Shown one piece after another: positions 1 through 11,226 of a stretch of 64,000 bases of DNA. Every line of letters begins with the position of its first letter. The stretch's first letter is position 1. This DNA comes from an uncultured Bacteroides sp. (GTDB taxonomy: Bacteria; Bacteroidota; Bacteroidia; Bacteroidales; GCA-2748055). The stretch lies in contig CAZRPW010000001.1 in assembly GCA_964601975.1 (NCBI GenBank), positions 93,968 to 157,967 on the forward strand, given 5' to 3'. The translations under genes were made by a program, and so were the position numbers. The notes beneath the pieces are model-generated. The model did no database searches. It was not told the DNA's origin and worked only from the letters and a program-made list of their open reading frames with translations.

Positions 1-2719
1 TTATAACCGCCGGATGGAATATGGTGTTGTCAATTTCCCCTTCCTTCCAGTGTCCTCCGGAGGGACCCGATCCGTTCCAGGCAAAGGCTGTGGGGAATTC
101 AACCTTTCCCTCACCGGCCAATACAGTAATCAGATTCTCATGGCGAACGGTATCGGCACAATCCTCGTTGCTCCAGGCATAGAGCGTTACGGAATACTGG
201 CCTTCTTCCTCATATATATGTGAGGGTTCTTCTTCTGCAGAAGTAGTTCCATCACCGAAGTCCCACAGGAAATAGGCGCTGTTGAGCGAGTTATTGCTGA
301 ATTTAAAGACTTGCTTCAGGTTTCTCGACTCTTTGGGATAGGGTTCGAAGATGGCCTGGGGAGGGGTATATACAAATACTTTGTGAGTGGCGGTATCAGA
401 TCCCGATAAACCGTAGGCCGCCATGGTTACATTGTGTTCACGGTTGTCATAGAATAAATGTGCAGGATTTGGTTCCGCGGAAAACTTCCCATCATCGAAA
501 TCCCAGATATACGTATCTGCATAGAGACTGGTATTGGTGAACTGGACCAGCAGAGGCGGACAACCTGAAGTGTCGGGATAGAAACGAGCCTGGGGAGATG
601 GGGGGAGAATCTCTATACGTTGGGTAATGCTGTCCCTGCAGTGTTCGCTGAAAGACTTCAACTGGATGTCATAAACACCATATGAATCATACACATGTTG
701 CACAGGTTCTTTAATCGTATCCATTTGATTATCTCCAAAACTCCACTCGTAGTCCCAGGTCCCGATAGAAGTTAGGTTGAGCAGGCTTACAACTGAGTCT
801 GGATCGTATTGAATATCAGGATATACGTAGAAATTGGCAGTAGGAACCGGATACACCGTGATACTGTCAGTAATTACATCCACACAGCCCGAGAAGGTTT
901 CCACCATCAGGCTGAAATGGAAAGTGGAGTCTTCGCGGCTCAGGTCATATATTGTATCCTGCCCGACAATGCGCATGCTGTTTTTATAATCATACATAAA
1001 AGTCCGGCTAATTGTATTTGAGGTGGATTCAATGGGTCCGCTTCCAAAGTCCCAGGTATATAGCTTATAACCCTCATCCGAGGAGAATTTCACTTCGACG
1101 GGACTGCAGAGGTCGTCATAGTCCATGTTTATGACAGACACCGGATTTCCATTGACCTGCATGGAAAGCGTATCGTACAGGAGTGTCTCGCAGCTGTTAC
1201 TTCCATGATTTTCAATGACCTTTTTAAGTATGTAAAGGTTTTCACCGGGCAGGTTGTTGAGAAAGAGGTCAAAAGTATCCGCAGACATATTGAAGAGGGT
1301 ATCGGCGATTCCCCTTGCCTCATATATCAATTCAAATGTGGTGGTATCCAGACCGGTGAAAATAATGGTTGCAACGGAGCTGTTTGTTTCCTGTATACAC
1401 CAGGCCGAATCCGGTGTAAGGAAGGCTGCAAAAGGTGGGGGAACAACGTGTATTGTGGTAGTGTCAGCCCCGAAGCAGCCGGAGGCATCAGTTACAGTTT
1501 TGTAGGTGATTTCATGGGATCCCAGTCCGGCAATGGCAGGTGAAAAGGTTCCCTGAGAGGTATTTATAATTCCTGCGCTTCCCTTCCATGTTCCCGGGGT
1601 GGTGGCTGCCTCCATATTAAAGGGTGCATCTCCCAGACAAATCGGATCAACCGGGGTGATGGTTCCGTCGGGGGAATCAATAACTTCAATGGAAAGATCG
1701 TCTTCGGCACTACAGGAGTTCCCGTCGGTTACCTGGTAGTGAACCAGGTGTGTACCCGGACCGGCGACTGAGGGGGAAAAGATGCCTGCTGTATCATTGA
1801 TGATTCCCGGACCGCTCCAGGTTCCACCTTCGGTGGCCGCAGTGAGCGTTACATTACCCTGGAATTCACACAGTGGTCCAACCGGGTCTATGGTGGGATC
1901 GGGCAATCCTACGATCCTGATTACCGAGCGGTCAATTACCGGCGGTTTACCATCGGTATATTTGTTGCAATAGTTCCAGTAACGGAGCTCCACCTGGAAT
2001 TCCTCGCCAATCACTTTGTCATCGTCCACAAAAATAGGCAGGCTCTTTTCGCTGGATCCCCAGCTGGGGCCCGGAAGTTCCTTGACGGGTGTTGTGTAAG
2101 GCCAGGGCCCGGTGTAACCATCTACGCTTACCGGGTTTCCGCTCATGTCATTGCTGGTACCATATACCCACTGAATCCACCTTGTGCTCTCATTGCGGTT
2201 GTCCTCTTCCTGGGGGGGGACACAATTGTACCTTGTGTCGTCATTGAACCTCATGGTGGCCGAGTTCCCCACACAGACCGGGTAGACGTTGGGACTTGCA
2301 CTTACATAGGCGCCGTTCTTATTATCCACATCCCAGATGGTTACAATCTGATCTTGCCATTGGGATGTACAGAGGGTGCCGTCTACAATCATGGTAGCAG
2401 TTGGATGATAATTACACTTTTCATCCATTGAAATGTAGTTGTGGACTCCAATGGCAGTAAAGGTTCTTCCCGCAGATTCAGCTGCCGGAAGGGTTTCTGT
2501 AAAGCCATCATCCCAGTCAATATATATAGATACATTCGTCACAGATGGGTCCACCCCTTTATAGGCTACTGTCCAGTAAATAACCTGAACAGGTGAGCAA
2601 AGTTGATCTGCCTGAATATCGTTAGATTTTGAACCTGGAGTGCATTGCTGTGCCAGCCCTTGGAAGGGGATACATAAAATTAAGAGTAACAGGGCGGGCA
2701 AGGCAGCACGGCTTTTCAT
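1..2719 (-). CDS. PKD-repeat cell-surface protein with the start of a T9SS type-B (gliding-motility-associated) C-terminal sorting domain; 3' end lies beyond the window
   Basis: Absent from the ORF track because the frame has no stop inside the window. Manual reverse translation from the ATG (cat at 2717-2719) gives the signal peptide MKSRAALPALLLLILCIPFQGLAQQ and an open frame down to base 2. It carries repeated PKD-type signatures (WDFGSG, WSFGDN, WDFDDG, WDFGDGTTS). It ends at the edge in VEFPTAFAWNGSGPSGGHWKEGEIDNTIFHP, resembling the start of the type-B sorting domain. Confidence 0.75.
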   Translation of the reverse strand, partial: MKSRAALPALLLLILCIPFQGLAQQCTPGSKSNDIQADQLCSPVQVIYWTVAYKGVDPSVTNVSIYIDWDDGFTETLPAAESAGRTFTAIGVHNYISMDEKCNYHPTATMIVDGTLCTSQWQDQIVTIWDVDNKNGAYVSASPNVYPVCVGNSATMRFNDDTRYNCVPPQEEDNRNESTRWIQWVYGTSNDMSGNPVSVDGYTGPWPYTTPVKELPGPSWGSSEKSLPIFVDDDKVIGEEFQVELRYWNYCNKYTDGKPPVIDRSVIRIVGLPDPTIDPVGPLCEFQGNVTLTAATEGGTWSGPGIINDTAGIFSPSVAGPGTHLVHYQVTDGNSCSAEDDLSIEVIDSPDGTITPVDPICLGDAPFNMEAATTPGTWKGSAGIINTSQGTFSPAIAGLGSHEITYKTVTDASGCFGADTTTIHVVPPPFAAFLTPDSAWCIQETNSSVATIIFTGLDTTTFELIYEARGIADTLFNMSADTFDLFLNNLPGENLYILKKVIENHGSNSCETLLYDTLSMQVNGNPVSVINMDYDDLCSPVEVKFSSDEGYKLYTWDFGSGPIESTSNTISRTFMYDYKNSMRIVGQDTIYDLSREDSTFHFSLMVETFSGCVDVITDSITVYPVPTANFYVYPDIQYDPDSVVSLLNLTSIGTWDYEWSFGDNQMDTIKEPVQHVYDSYGVYDIQLKSFSEHCRDSITQRIEILPPSPQARFYPDTSGCPPLLVQFTNTSLYADTYIWDFDDGKFSAEPNPAHLFYDNREHNVTMAAYGLSGSDTATHKVFVYTPPQAIFEPYPKESRNLKQVFKFSNNSLNSAYFLWDFGDGTTSAEEEPSHIYEEEGQYSVTLYAWSNEDCADTVRHENLITVLAGEGKVEFPTAFAWNGSGPSGGHWKEGEIDNTIFHPAVI

Positions 2720-2741
2720 ATCTGAAATTTATGAAAAATAA

Positions 2742-4028
2742 TTAATAATCAGTAAAATCCCATTTACCTCTGAAGGCCCTGGTGAGCATTCTGTCGGCAT
2801 CATCATCATCGATAAACTTCTCATGCGCAGGGGCCCATTTCAAGGGTCTCTCCAGGGTGTATGCCATGTTTATAATATTGCAAAGAGAGGCAGTGCGGTG
2901 TCCGGTTTCAACATCCGAAACAGGCCGGCTTCTCTTCTTTATGGCATCTATCCAGTCCTGATAGTGGTTCTCACTTCTATAAAGTGCCCGATCGCTGTCC
3001 TTCAGTTCAAAATTTGTAAGGCCATCAATATCCGAGCGGTAAAAATCTCTGCTGATTTCAATTTTCCCCTCTGAACCCAGGAACTGTACGGCATTATTCT
3101 CACCCCAGTCCACATGGTTCATTTCTACTCCGCTGGCATAGATCATTTTCATTCCCGTTGTGTCGCGTTTCTTTGGCGGGATGAACTCTACGGGACCTGA
3201 CTGGTCCATTCCAAGGGCCCACTGTCCAATGTCAAACATATGGGCTCCCCAATCGGTGATTCCACCACCTCCAAAATCTCTGTACCTTCTCCACATAGCC
3301 CAACTTTTGTCCTCAATTGGAGGGGAGAGCACCGGGTTATAGTCCCTGTACATAGAAGGTCCCACCCACAGGTCCCAGTTCAGGTATTCGGGCACGGGCT
3401 CGGAGGGGAGGTCGCAGGCAATGACCGGAGCCCCAACATTTACATTGATCTCTTTTACCTCACCGATATATCCATTTGAAACCATCTCACATGCATGTCT
3501 GAAATTTCTCCAGGAACGTTGCATATTACCTGTTTGAAAAACACGCGCGTACTTCCTGGACGCTGTCACCATGGCCCTGCCTTCCGCTACGGTAAGTGCC
3601 ATTGGTTTTTCGCAATAGATGTCCTTTCCTGCTTTAGCAGCATCAATAACCATCATGGAGTGCCAGTGGTCGGGCGAAGCAATGACAACGGCATCAATAT
3701 CCTTTCGTTCCAGTAATTCCCTGTAGTTTTCGTAGGTGCTGACCTTCTGTTTGCCTCCCTTAAGCTTTTCCCCGTTGGCTTTCTCAGCGACACTTTTGAA
3801 GTGGGCCAGTTTTTTCTGATCCACATCACTGGCAGCCAGAACGATGGTTTCGGGACATTCGTTTATATATGAGAGCAGTCCCAGGCTTTGTTTACCCACT
3901 CCGATATATCCCAGGTTAATCCTGTCTGAAGGGGCCAGAAAGCTACTGTGTCCCAATACATGATTTGGAAGAATGGTCATGGCCCCGGTGCCGAGGGCAG
4001 TTTTTTCAATAAAGCTACGTCTGTTCAT
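2742..4028 (-). CDS. Gfo/Idh/MocA family oxidoreductase with Tat-type signal
   Basis: 428 aa. N-terminal MNRRSFIEKTALGTGAM is a twin-arginine-like signal. GYIGVGKQS Rossmann motif, plus ASPDHWH and CEKPMA motifs typical of the family. Confidence 0.85.
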   Translation of the reverse strand: MNRRSFIEKTALGTGAMTILPNHVLGHSSFLAPSDRINLGYIGVGKQSLGLLSYINECPETIVLAASDVDQKKLAHFKSVAEKANGEKLKGGKQKVSTYENYRELLERKDIDAVVIASPDHWHSMMVIDAAKAGKDIYCEKPMALTVAEGRAMVTASRKYARVFQTGNMQRSWRNFRHACEMVSNGYIGEVKEINVNVGAPVIACDLPSEPVPEYLNWDLWVGPSMYRDYNPVLSPPIEDKSWAMWRRYRDFGGGGITDWGAHMFDIGQWALGMDQSGPVEFIPPKKRDTTGMKMIYASGVEMNHVDWGENNAVQFLGSEGKIEISRDFYRSDIDGLTNFELKDSDRALYRSENHYQDWIDAIKKRSRPVSDVETGHRTASLCNIINMAYTLERPLKWAPAHEKFIDDDDADRMLTRAFRGKWDFTDY

Positions 4029-4099
4029 GGGTGGTAAAATTAGTGTGAGCCTATAAAAATAGCAGATGATCCCGAATTATTCTTGAAAACCGGCAATTA

Positions 4100-4573
4100 T
4101 TAATAGAGGATTTTTCCCTCCATGCGGTCCCATTCATCCAGCAGATGGTTCATTTCCTCGAGGCTGATCCGGGTAGATACGATTTCGCGTGAAGCTGCAG
4201 GGAGTGCAATTTCGTCATAGAGTTGACGATCCATGAACCCTGCCTTTTCCGCGTCTTCTCTCCCGCCACTATACCAGAGACTTCGAATATCAGCCCAGTA
4301 TATGGCTGAAAGGCACATGGGGCATGGCTCAAAATTGGAGTAGATGGTTGCCCCGCTCAGGTGATGAGTTTTTAGCCTGCTGCAGGCATCGCGGATGGCA
4401 TTTACCTCGGCATGGGCAGTGGGGTCGTGACTATGGATAACTGTATTGTGTGCCTGTCCGATGATGATCCCGTCACGAACAATCACAGCCCCGAAAGGGC
4501 CACCTTCTCCAGCCCTCATTCCGGCCTCTGCCTCGCGGATTGCAAGTTCAAGATATTTTTTATGTTCCGACAT
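4100..4573 (-). CDS. CDA-fold nucleoside deaminase (guanine deaminase / tRNA-adenosine deaminase-like)
   Basis: 157 aa. Zinc-binding motifs HAEVNAI and PCPMCLSAI (HAE ... PCxxC). Confidence 0.8.
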   Translation of the reverse strand: MSEHKKYLELAIREAEAGMRAGEGGPFGAVIVRDGIIIGQAHNTVIHSHDPTAHAEVNAIRDACSRLKTHHLSGATIYSNFEPCPMCLSAIYWADIRSLWYSGGREDAEKAGFMDRQLYDEIALPAASREIVSTRISLEEMNHLLDEWDRMEGKILY

Positions 4574-4665
4574 AGAATGAATATATCACAAGATACATTT
4601 CAAAATTGATTTATTGTATATTTATTCCTCCAAAAAAGAATAGTCATATAAAAGGAAAGAGACTT

Positions 4666-7101
4666 ATGAAGTTCGGAAAATTCGATGATCAGAGAAGAGA
4701 ATATATAATTACCAATCCAAGGACTCCCTATCCATGGATAAACTACCTGGGCTGTGAGGACTTTTTCTCCATTGTAACCAATACTGCAGGAGGTTACAGC
4801 TTTTATAAGGATGCACGCTTGAGAAGGCTTACCCGTTACCGTTACAACAATGTCCCGGTGGATGACGGTGGTAAATATTTTTATATTAATGAGAACGGAA
4901 ATGTATGGTCGCCCGGCTGGAAACCCGTAAAGCGGGAGCTGGATAAATATGAATGCAGTCACGGCATGGGATATACCCGGATTACCGGGGAAGTGGATCA
5001 GCTTGAAGCAGAAGTACTGTACATGGTCCCCATTGGATACAAGGGTGAGGTTCAACGGGTGAAACTCACCAACAAGAGTGACCGAAAGCGCTCGTTCTCC
5101 CTCTTTTCTTTTGTGGAGTGGTGCCTCTGGGATGCCCTTGATGATAATACGAATTTTCAGCGCAATTTTTCAACCGGTCAGGTGGAGATTGTGGACTCGA
5201 CCATCTATCATAAAACCGAATACAGGGAGCGGCGCGACCACTATGCATTCTACACGGTAAATCAGAAGGTAGACGGACTGGATACCGACAGGAATGAATT
5301 TATAGGGCTTTACAATGGTTTTGATGCTCCAGATGCTGTGATGGAGTGTAAATCCAGGAACTCCCATGCCCATGGCTGGTCGCCCATGGCCTCCCATCAC
5401 CTGAAAATTGAACTCGAACCAGGGGAAGAGAAACAACTTGTATTTGTACTGGGCTACGTGGAGGTCCCGGTAGAAAAGAAATTTGTGGGTCCACAGGTAA
5501 TTAACAAGGCACCCGCTGAGGAGATGATGGCACAGTTTCAGACCCCGGCTGATGTTGACCGGGCCTTTGATAAGCTCGCTGTTTTTTGGGATGATCTTTT
5601 GTCGGTATACCAGCTTGAACATCCCGAAGAAAAGCTTAACAGGGTAGTCAATATCTGGAACCAGTATCAGTGTATGGTGACCTTCAACTTTAGCCGAAGT
5701 GCTTCCTTCTTCGAATCCGGAATCGGACGTGGAATGGGATTCAGGGATTCCAACCAGGACCTGATTGGTTTTGTACACCAGGTTCCTGAAAGAGCGCGTG
5801 AGCGGATCATTGATATAGCCTCTACCCAGTTTGAGGATGGAGGAGCTTATCACCAGTATCAACCGCTTACAAAAAAGGGGAATGATGCTGTGGGAAGTAA
5901 TTTCAATGACGACCCGCTCTGGCTGATTCTTTCTACCGATGAGTATATCCGGGAGACGGGCGACTGGTCGATTCTGGATGAAATGGTGCCCTTCGATAAC
6001 GACGAAAGCAATAAAGCTACCCTTTTTGAACATCTGAAGCGTTCCTTCTATCACGTTGTGAATAACCTGGGACCCCATAAGCTTCCGTTGATTGGACGGG
6101 CCGACTGGAACGATTGTCTGAATCTGAACTGTTTCTCCGATACACCCGGAGAGCCATTTCAGACTACCGAAAATATGGAAGGCGGTGTGGCCGAATCTGT
6201 CTTTATCGCCGGGATGTTTGTGCTTTACGGGGAAACCTTCGTGAAACTTTGCCAGAAGCTTGGTAAGGAAAATGAAGCCCATGAAGCTGCCGGGCATATT
6301 GCCAAAATGAAGACCGTTGTGGATGAACACGGATGGGATGGTAGTTGGTTCATCAGGGCCTACGACCACTTTGGCGAAAAGGTGGGAAGTGAAGAGCAGG
6401 AAGAAGGCAAGATCTTCATTGAGTCCCAGGGAATGTGTATCATGGCCGGGATTGGACTGGAAGACGGACGCGCACGTACTGCCCTGGATTCGGTGAAGGA
6501 AAGACTCGATTGTGAATATGGGATTGTGCTGAACAATCCACCCTTTTCCAAGTATATAATGAAATATGGTGAGATCAGTACCTATCCTGAAGGTTATAAG
6601 GAGAATGCTGGAATTTTTTGTCACAACAATCCCTGGATAATGATTGCAGAGACCCTCGAAGGTAACGGGGAAGCTGCCTGGGATTATTATAAAAAGATTT
6701 GTCCACCCTACCTTGAAGATATCAGTGACCTGCATAAGACCGAGCCCTATGTGTATTCACAGATGATTGCGGGTAAGGATGCCCAGAAACCCGGGGAGGC
6801 AAAAAACAGCTGGCTTACGGGTACTGCAGCCTGGAATTTTTATGCTATTTCCCAGTTTATTTTAGGGGTCAGGCCCGAATTTGATGGTCTGAGGATCCAT
6901 CCGGTAATCCCCGCTTCCTGGGAGGGATATACAGTAACCCGCAAGTTCAGGGGAGCCAGCTACCGGATTGAAATCAGTAATCCGGATCGGGTATCTTCCG
7001 GAGTAAAATCCGTTGAACTCAATGGCAAAGTCATTGAAGATTCCCTGATCCCCTTATGTGAGGCGGGTAGCAAAAACCTGGTCAGGGTGATTTTGGGATA
7101 A
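4666..7101 (+). CDS. GH94 cellobiose phosphorylase family protein
   Basis: ORF 4606-7101. The conserved N-terminus starts at the internal ATG 4666 ([52 protein letters not shown]). I recognise it as closely resembling characterised cellobiose phosphorylases. 811 aa is the typical length. Confidence 0.88.
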   Translation: MKFGKFDDQRREYIITNPRTPYPWINYLGCEDFFSIVTNTAGGYSFYKDARLRRLTRYRYNNVPVDDGGKYFYINENGNVWSPGWKPVKRELDKYECSHGMGYTRITGEVDQLEAEVLYMVPIGYKGEVQRVKLTNKSDRKRSFSLFSFVEWCLWDALDDNTNFQRNFSTGQVEIVDSTIYHKTEYRERRDHYAFYTVNQKVDGLDTDRNEFIGLYNGFDAPDAVMECKSRNSHAHGWSPMASHHLKIELEPGEEKQLVFVLGYVEVPVEKKFVGPQVINKAPAEEMMAQFQTPADVDRAFDKLAVFWDDLLSVYQLEHPEEKLNRVVNIWNQYQCMVTFNFSRSASFFESGIGRGMGFRDSNQDLIGFVHQVPERARERIIDIASTQFEDGGAYHQYQPLTKKGNDAVGSNFNDDPLWLILSTDEYIRETGDWSILDEMVPFDNDESNKATLFEHLKRSFYHVVNNLGPHKLPLIGRADWNDCLNLNCFSDTPGEPFQTTENMEGGVAESVFIAGMFVLYGETFVKLCQKLGKENEAHEAAGHIAKMKTVVDEHGWDGSWFIRAYDHFGEKVGSEEQEEGKIFIESQGMCIMAGIGLEDGRARTALDSVKERLDCEYGIVLNNPPFSKYIMKYGEISTYPEGYKENAGIFCHNNPWIMIAETLEGNGEAAWDYYKKICPPYLEDISDLHKTEPYVYSQMIAGKDAQKPGEAKNSWLTGTAAWNFYAISQFILGVRPEFDGLRIHPVIPASWEGYTVTRKFRGASYRIEISNPDRVSSGVKSVELNGKVIEDSLIPLCEAGSKNLVRVILG

Positions 7102-9979
7102 TCCGGATACTTTCAGGAGGTCCCAGGTAGGATGGAGCATCCTGGGAATCATCCTGGATTACGATCTTCTGGAGTACCACCCCCGCATCTACCCTCCACC
7201 ATTTAAGGGTATGTATGCCGGGTTCGGAGATTAAATGCCTGCTGGTCTGGATATTGATGTTGTCTGCCACCCATTGCCTCCATAAGTCCACTGTGTCATT
7301 TTCATGCATGTTGACCATCTGCGGGGCTTCATCATCAATGGAAACAGCAAAGCTGATTCCATCATTGTTGTGAAAATTGAGGGTGGGAGAGAGGTAGGAG
7401 TATACCACATGGAGTCCTGTATCCCCGGTGTAGAAATGGTATTCCAAATGGGGTGAATCGCCCCCTGGTTCAGAAGGATCAGCCGTCACCGGAAGGGTGA
7501 TCACGGAGGAGCCGGTTCTCCCAAGGTTGGGGATCACGTGCCAATCCACATCGCTGCCTCCAACGGCCTTTAGAAAATGGTCAGCCTCCATGGATATCGC
7601 GCCCCTGTTTTTGAAAAACACTTCACCCTCAGTGATCTCAGGGCGGTTTGGCCGGTTGTCGACTTCCATTAGAATCTCTATCCACTGTCCTTCGGGACCC
7701 ATTATTTTTACGGGAACCGAATGAAGTCCGCCGGGAGCCAGGTCCCAGTTTACCCCCAGGTATATTCTTTCCTGTTCGGTAATCCTAAGTGCGTGGTCCG
7801 AAACTGTAATCCAGGGCTCACCCGGGGTGACTGAACAGTCAAATGCAAGGCTTCCCCGCTTAAAAACCTCGATGTAATACTGCTGCCTGTTGTCACGGTC
7901 AAAGACATAGGGGGCAGGTTTTTCATTGTCTGCCGGCCAGGCCTTTTCTGAATACTCAAAAGCCACGCCCATGAGCGCTGTTTGCGGCAATGTTATTTCA
8001 ATGACTTCCGGCATGTTATTCTGTTCGGGCTGTTGCCAGTAAGTATAGCCAATATGAGTCTGCGACATTATGTGATTCCATTTCCCGCCGGCCATGGAGT
8101 TATGGTAATATGCGGTAAGCAAACTGTCTTCCCGGAACAACTCCCTTACCCGTTCAGCCATCCGGTTAGTGGCAGACCGGCCCTGGGCAGCGTAGCGCTT
8201 GTTTTTTGCGGCCGACACGTAGAGTTCGTTCAGGTTCGCACAGGCTTTCACTGGGAATAGGACCAGTTGGTAATAAGCATCTTTCAGTTCACCTGGAATG
8301 TCCTTGTAAATAAATTCTGCCAGTTCTTCCAGCTCCCTGTATTCGGCAACTATAGCCTCTGCCTCCCTGTAGTGTGTCAGGCTATAGGTTTCCGGGGAGA
8401 TGAGTTCGGGTTTTCGTCTTGAATTGAATTTGGTATAGGCCGAAAGAATATCGGCTACCGGTCCGGCAAAGCCAGTTCCAAATTGTTGTGTGGCCCACTG
8501 GCTATAGTACTCCGCAATGTTACCCGGATTCCATTGATCGGGATTCCATGCATAATCGAGAAAGAATTGGGTGGGCAGTTCCATGGGTTTGATATCTCCC
8601 ACATTGACTATCCATATCTCATTTGCGCCAAATTCATGGGCCAGGTGCATCTGTTCCCAGACCCTCTCTATCTGCGTTGTATTAAGCCATTTGTAATTCC
8701 GCGGATCTCCCACGTAATCGAAATGATAGTATATTCCGTAACCCCCGCTTAGTCGGGGCCCGTTCGCCTGTGGAAGTTTTCGGATATTTCCCCAGTTGTC
8801 GTCACATAGTAAAAGTGTAACATCGTCGGGAGCCCTCATGCCTTTGTCGTAATAGTCCTGTACCTCTTTATAAAGCGCCCACAGCTGGGGGGTCTGATCA
8901 ATGGCTTTGCCAGTAGTCTCCTTGATGATGTCTCGTTGATCCTTTACAATCTGCTCCAATAAAGCGATGGCGGTGCCTTCGGTCATGGGTTCATCACCAT
9001 CTCCCCGCATCCCCAGGGACACAATGCTTTCAAAATCTCCCATTCGTTCGATGCCCCTTTTCCAGAATGCCCTGAGGGTATCGGTATTTTTGCTGTAGTC
9101 CCAGGGACCATTACCATACCTGGCCCATTCAACGTGGGCACGCATCAGGGGTTCATGGTGGGTGGTGCCAATCACTACACCGTATTCATTGGCAAGTCTT
9201 GCATTTTCAGGGTCATCATCATAGAATGCTCTTCCCCACATGGCCGGCCAGAGGTAATTTCCCTTCATTCTGAGGATTAGCTCGAATACATGCTCGTAGA
9301 AATCGTGGTTAAACCCTCCAAAGTTTTCATCTGCCCAACCCGCAAGGGCAGGGGCCTCATCATTAATGAAAATTCCCCTGTATTTCACTGCGGGTTCACC
9401 CAGGATGAATTTTCCATTTCGCGCATAGAGCGATTTTTTTACAGCCGGTTTTACGTCGGCCCAATAGTACCAGGGTGATACCCCGATTTGAGCTGATAGC
9501 TCGTATATCCCGTAAATGGTTCCCCGCCTGTCACTCCCAGCAATACACAGTGCCCTGTCGATTCCGGGAAGTGGATGCTCCACCACTGTGGTAAGTGAGG
9601 ATTCCCATTTACCCTGGATGTCAGATACATCAAGCGTGCCACCCTGGATCATTCCATCGATCAGTGGACTGCTTCCAATGGTTCCGATGATGATTACTGA
9701 ATGGGAGCGGGAACTTAATTTTTCCGGACCGGAATAAAGATCAGCTTTGCTGCCCGTAACCATTAAAAAATCAGCCTGTAGATCCTCAGCAGCCCTTAAT
9801 ACACCCGCCTGGTCTTCTGAACTGCAGAGGATGCTGGCAGGACTTTCATTTTCAAAGAGGATGAAACGATGGCCATCCGTTTCTTCCGAAACAAAAGTGC
9901 CACTGTCGGCCTTTTCAGGTTTACTGTCACAGGCAGTGAGCAGTGTCAGGGTGAGCGCAATCAGGAATCCTCTTTTCAT
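7082..9979 (-). CDS. GH115-like glycoside hydrolase (alpha-glucuronidase family), lipoprotein
   Basis: The ORF extends to 10117, but that extension overlaps the upstream gene. The internal ATG 9979 gives the lipoprotein signal [17 protein letters not shown]. Core motifs [27 protein letters not shown] and [12 protein letters not shown] match my recollection of GH115. Confidence 0.65.
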   Translation of the reverse strand: MKRGFLIALTLTLLTACDSKPEKADSGTFVSEETDGHRFILFENESPASILCSSEDQAGVLRAAEDLQADFLMVTGSKADLYSGPEKLSSRSHSVIIIGTIGSSPLIDGMIQGGTLDVSDIQGKWESSLTTVVEHPLPGIDRALCIAGSDRRGTIYGIYELSAQIGVSPWYYWADVKPAVKKSLYARNGKFILGEPAVKYRGIFINDEAPALAGWADENFGGFNHDFYEHVFELILRMKGNYLWPAMWGRAFYDDDPENARLANEYGVVIGTTHHEPLMRAHVEWARYGNGPWDYSKNTDTLRAFWKRGIERMGDFESIVSLGMRGDGDEPMTEGTAIALLEQIVKDQRDIIKETTGKAIDQTPQLWALYKEVQDYYDKGMRAPDDVTLLLCDDNWGNIRKLPQANGPRLSGGYGIYYHFDYVGDPRNYKWLNTTQIERVWEQMHLAHEFGANEIWIVNVGDIKPMELPTQFFLDYAWNPDQWNPGNIAEYYSQWATQQFGTGFAGPVADILSAYTKFNSRRKPELISPETYSLTHYREAEAIVAEYRELEELAEFIYKDIPGELKDAYYQLVLFPVKACANLNELYVSAAKNKRYAAQGRSATNRMAERVRELFREDSLLTAYYHNSMAGGKWNHIMSQTHIGYTYWQQPEQNNMPEVIEITLPQTALMGVAFEYSEKAWPADNEKPAPYVFDRDNRQQYYIEVFKRGSLAFDCSVTPGEPWITVSDHALRITEQERIYLGVNWDLAPGGLHSVPVKIMGPEGQWIEILMEVDNRPNRPEITEGEVFFKNRGAISMEADHFLKAVGGSDVDWHVIPNLGRTGSSVITLPVTADPSEPGGDSPHLEYHFYTGDTGLHVVYSYLSPTLNFHNNDGISFAVSIDDEAPQMVNMHENDTVDLWRQWVADNINIQTSRHLISEPGIHTLKWWRVDAGVVLQKIVIQDDSQDAPSYLGPPESIRIIPKSP

Positions 9980-10026
9980 AGCGTGAAGATTAGTATTGGC
10001 CAGCCGGGTATACCGGCGAATGGTTT

Positions 10027-11205
10027 TTACAGAAAGGCCTGATTCCTGTCCACCAGGTTTTTGATGGCCTGTACAGAGGCAGCCGAACGCAATCCGTCTT
10101 CGGGCGTGTTTTTGCAATAGTCCACCAGTTGGGCTAAACTCGAGGTGGCCACATGCATACGGGTGTCGGACGATGCATAGTAGATAAATACCTTTCCATC
10201 ATCGTCGGCAATCCAGCCATTTGTAAAAAGAACGTTGGAAACATCACCGATCCGTTCCTCTCCCAGGGGACCCATGAGCAGTCCGGCGGGTTTATGAATC
10301 ACCTTTGTGGGATCTTCAAGGGCCGTCATGAACATATACAGTGTATACCTTAATCCGGCAGCACAGTTCCTTACGCCGTGGGCCAGGTTGAGCCAGCCAT
10401 CTTTTGTTTTGATAGGTGCCGGACCCTGACCGTTTTTCAGTTCATAGATGGTGTGGTAGGTTTTGGCATCCAGGATATTTTCCTCTTTTACCTCGGCATT
10501 CACCATGGAATCGGATAATCCAAAGGCAATACCTCCCCCTGAACCAGTATCTATAAAGCCGTCCTGCGGACGGGTATAGAATCCATATTTCCCGTCTATA
10601 AATTCAGGATGCAGCACCACGTTTCTTTGCTGTCCGCCATAAGTGACCAGGTCAGGCAGCCGTTCCCATTCCAGGAGGTCTTTCGTTCGGGCAATCCCTG
10701 CAGCTGCCACGGCCGAGCTGGTGTCGCCAGCAGGTGCATCCGGATCTTTTCGTTCTGTACAGAATACGCCATATATGTAACCATCTTCATGCTGTGTGAG
10801 TCTCATGTCGTACACATTGGTGTCGGGATCCTCAGTCTCGGGCATTGTAATTGGTTTTTTCCAAAAACGAAAGTTGTCGATTCCGTTGGGGCTTTCAGCG
10901 ATGGCAAAGAAAGATTTACGGTCGTTGCCTTCACACCTTACTGCAAGCAGGTACTTTCCATTCCATTTGATGGCTCCCGAATTCATGGCAGCATTGTATC
11001 CGATCCGTTCCATGAACAGGGGATTGGTCTTTGGATTAAAATCATACCTCCACTCCATGGGGAAGTGTTCACGGGTCAGCACCGGGTTCAGGTGCCTGCT
11101 GAAGATACCATTTGTGCTGAAGATTTCTTCATTTTTCCTGCTTAACAGGGCTTCATGTTCCTTGCGGATTTTGGCTTTTCGTAATTCAAAAATTTGTGTA
11201 CTCAT
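10027..11205 (-). CDS. GH130 beta-mannoside phosphorylase (4-O-beta-D-mannosyl-D-glucose phosphorylase-like)
   Basis: 392 aa. [36 protein letters not shown] and [18 protein letters not shown] are recognised as GH130 subfamily-1-type sequence. It sits in an operon with an AGE-family epimerase and a symporter, as in the characterised Bacteroides mannobiose pathway. Confidence 0.8.
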   Translation of the reverse strand: MSTQIFELRKAKIRKEHEALLSRKNEEIFSTNGIFSRHLNPVLTREHFPMEWRYDFNPKTNPLFMERIGYNAAMNSGAIKWNGKYLLAVRCEGNDRKSFFAIAESPNGIDNFRFWKKPITMPETEDPDTNVYDMRLTQHEDGYIYGVFCTERKDPDAPAGDTSSAVAAAGIARTKDLLEWERLPDLVTYGGQQRNVVLHPEFIDGKYGFYTRPQDGFIDTGSGGGIAFGLSDSMVNAEVKEENILDAKTYHTIYELKNGQGPAPIKTKDGWLNLAHGVRNCAAGLRYTLYMFMTALEDPTKVIHKPAGLLMGPLGEERIGDVSNVLFTNGWIADDDGKVFIYYASSDTRMHVATSSLAQLVDYCKNTPEDGLRSAASVQAIKNLVDRNQAFL

Positions 11206-11226
11206 GATAAAAACTTTCTTGTTGGT

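Noticed and set aside
5170-6735. 521-aa ORF antisense to the GH94 gene. Similar long antisense ORFs occur at 10609-11332, 28147-28911, 46386-47069 and 57363-57971.
   Set aside because: This ORF is in the codon-aligned antisense frame. A stop there would require a sense TTA, CTA or TCA codon, and the host gene largely avoids these, so long open shadow frames are expected. The translation is low-complexity, without motifs, signal peptide or plausible promoter context. The sense-strand proteins are clearly real.
9980-10117. N-terminal extensions given by the ORF track for several genes (GH115 to 10117, nrfA to 31677, GH94 from 4606, aldehyde dehydrogenase from 19829, cat from 39762, acyl-CoA ligase from 49915, and others).
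   Set aside because: The extensions overlap upstream genes or precede predicted -7 boxes, and they lack family conservation. Internal ATGs give canonical signal peptides or conserved N-termini.
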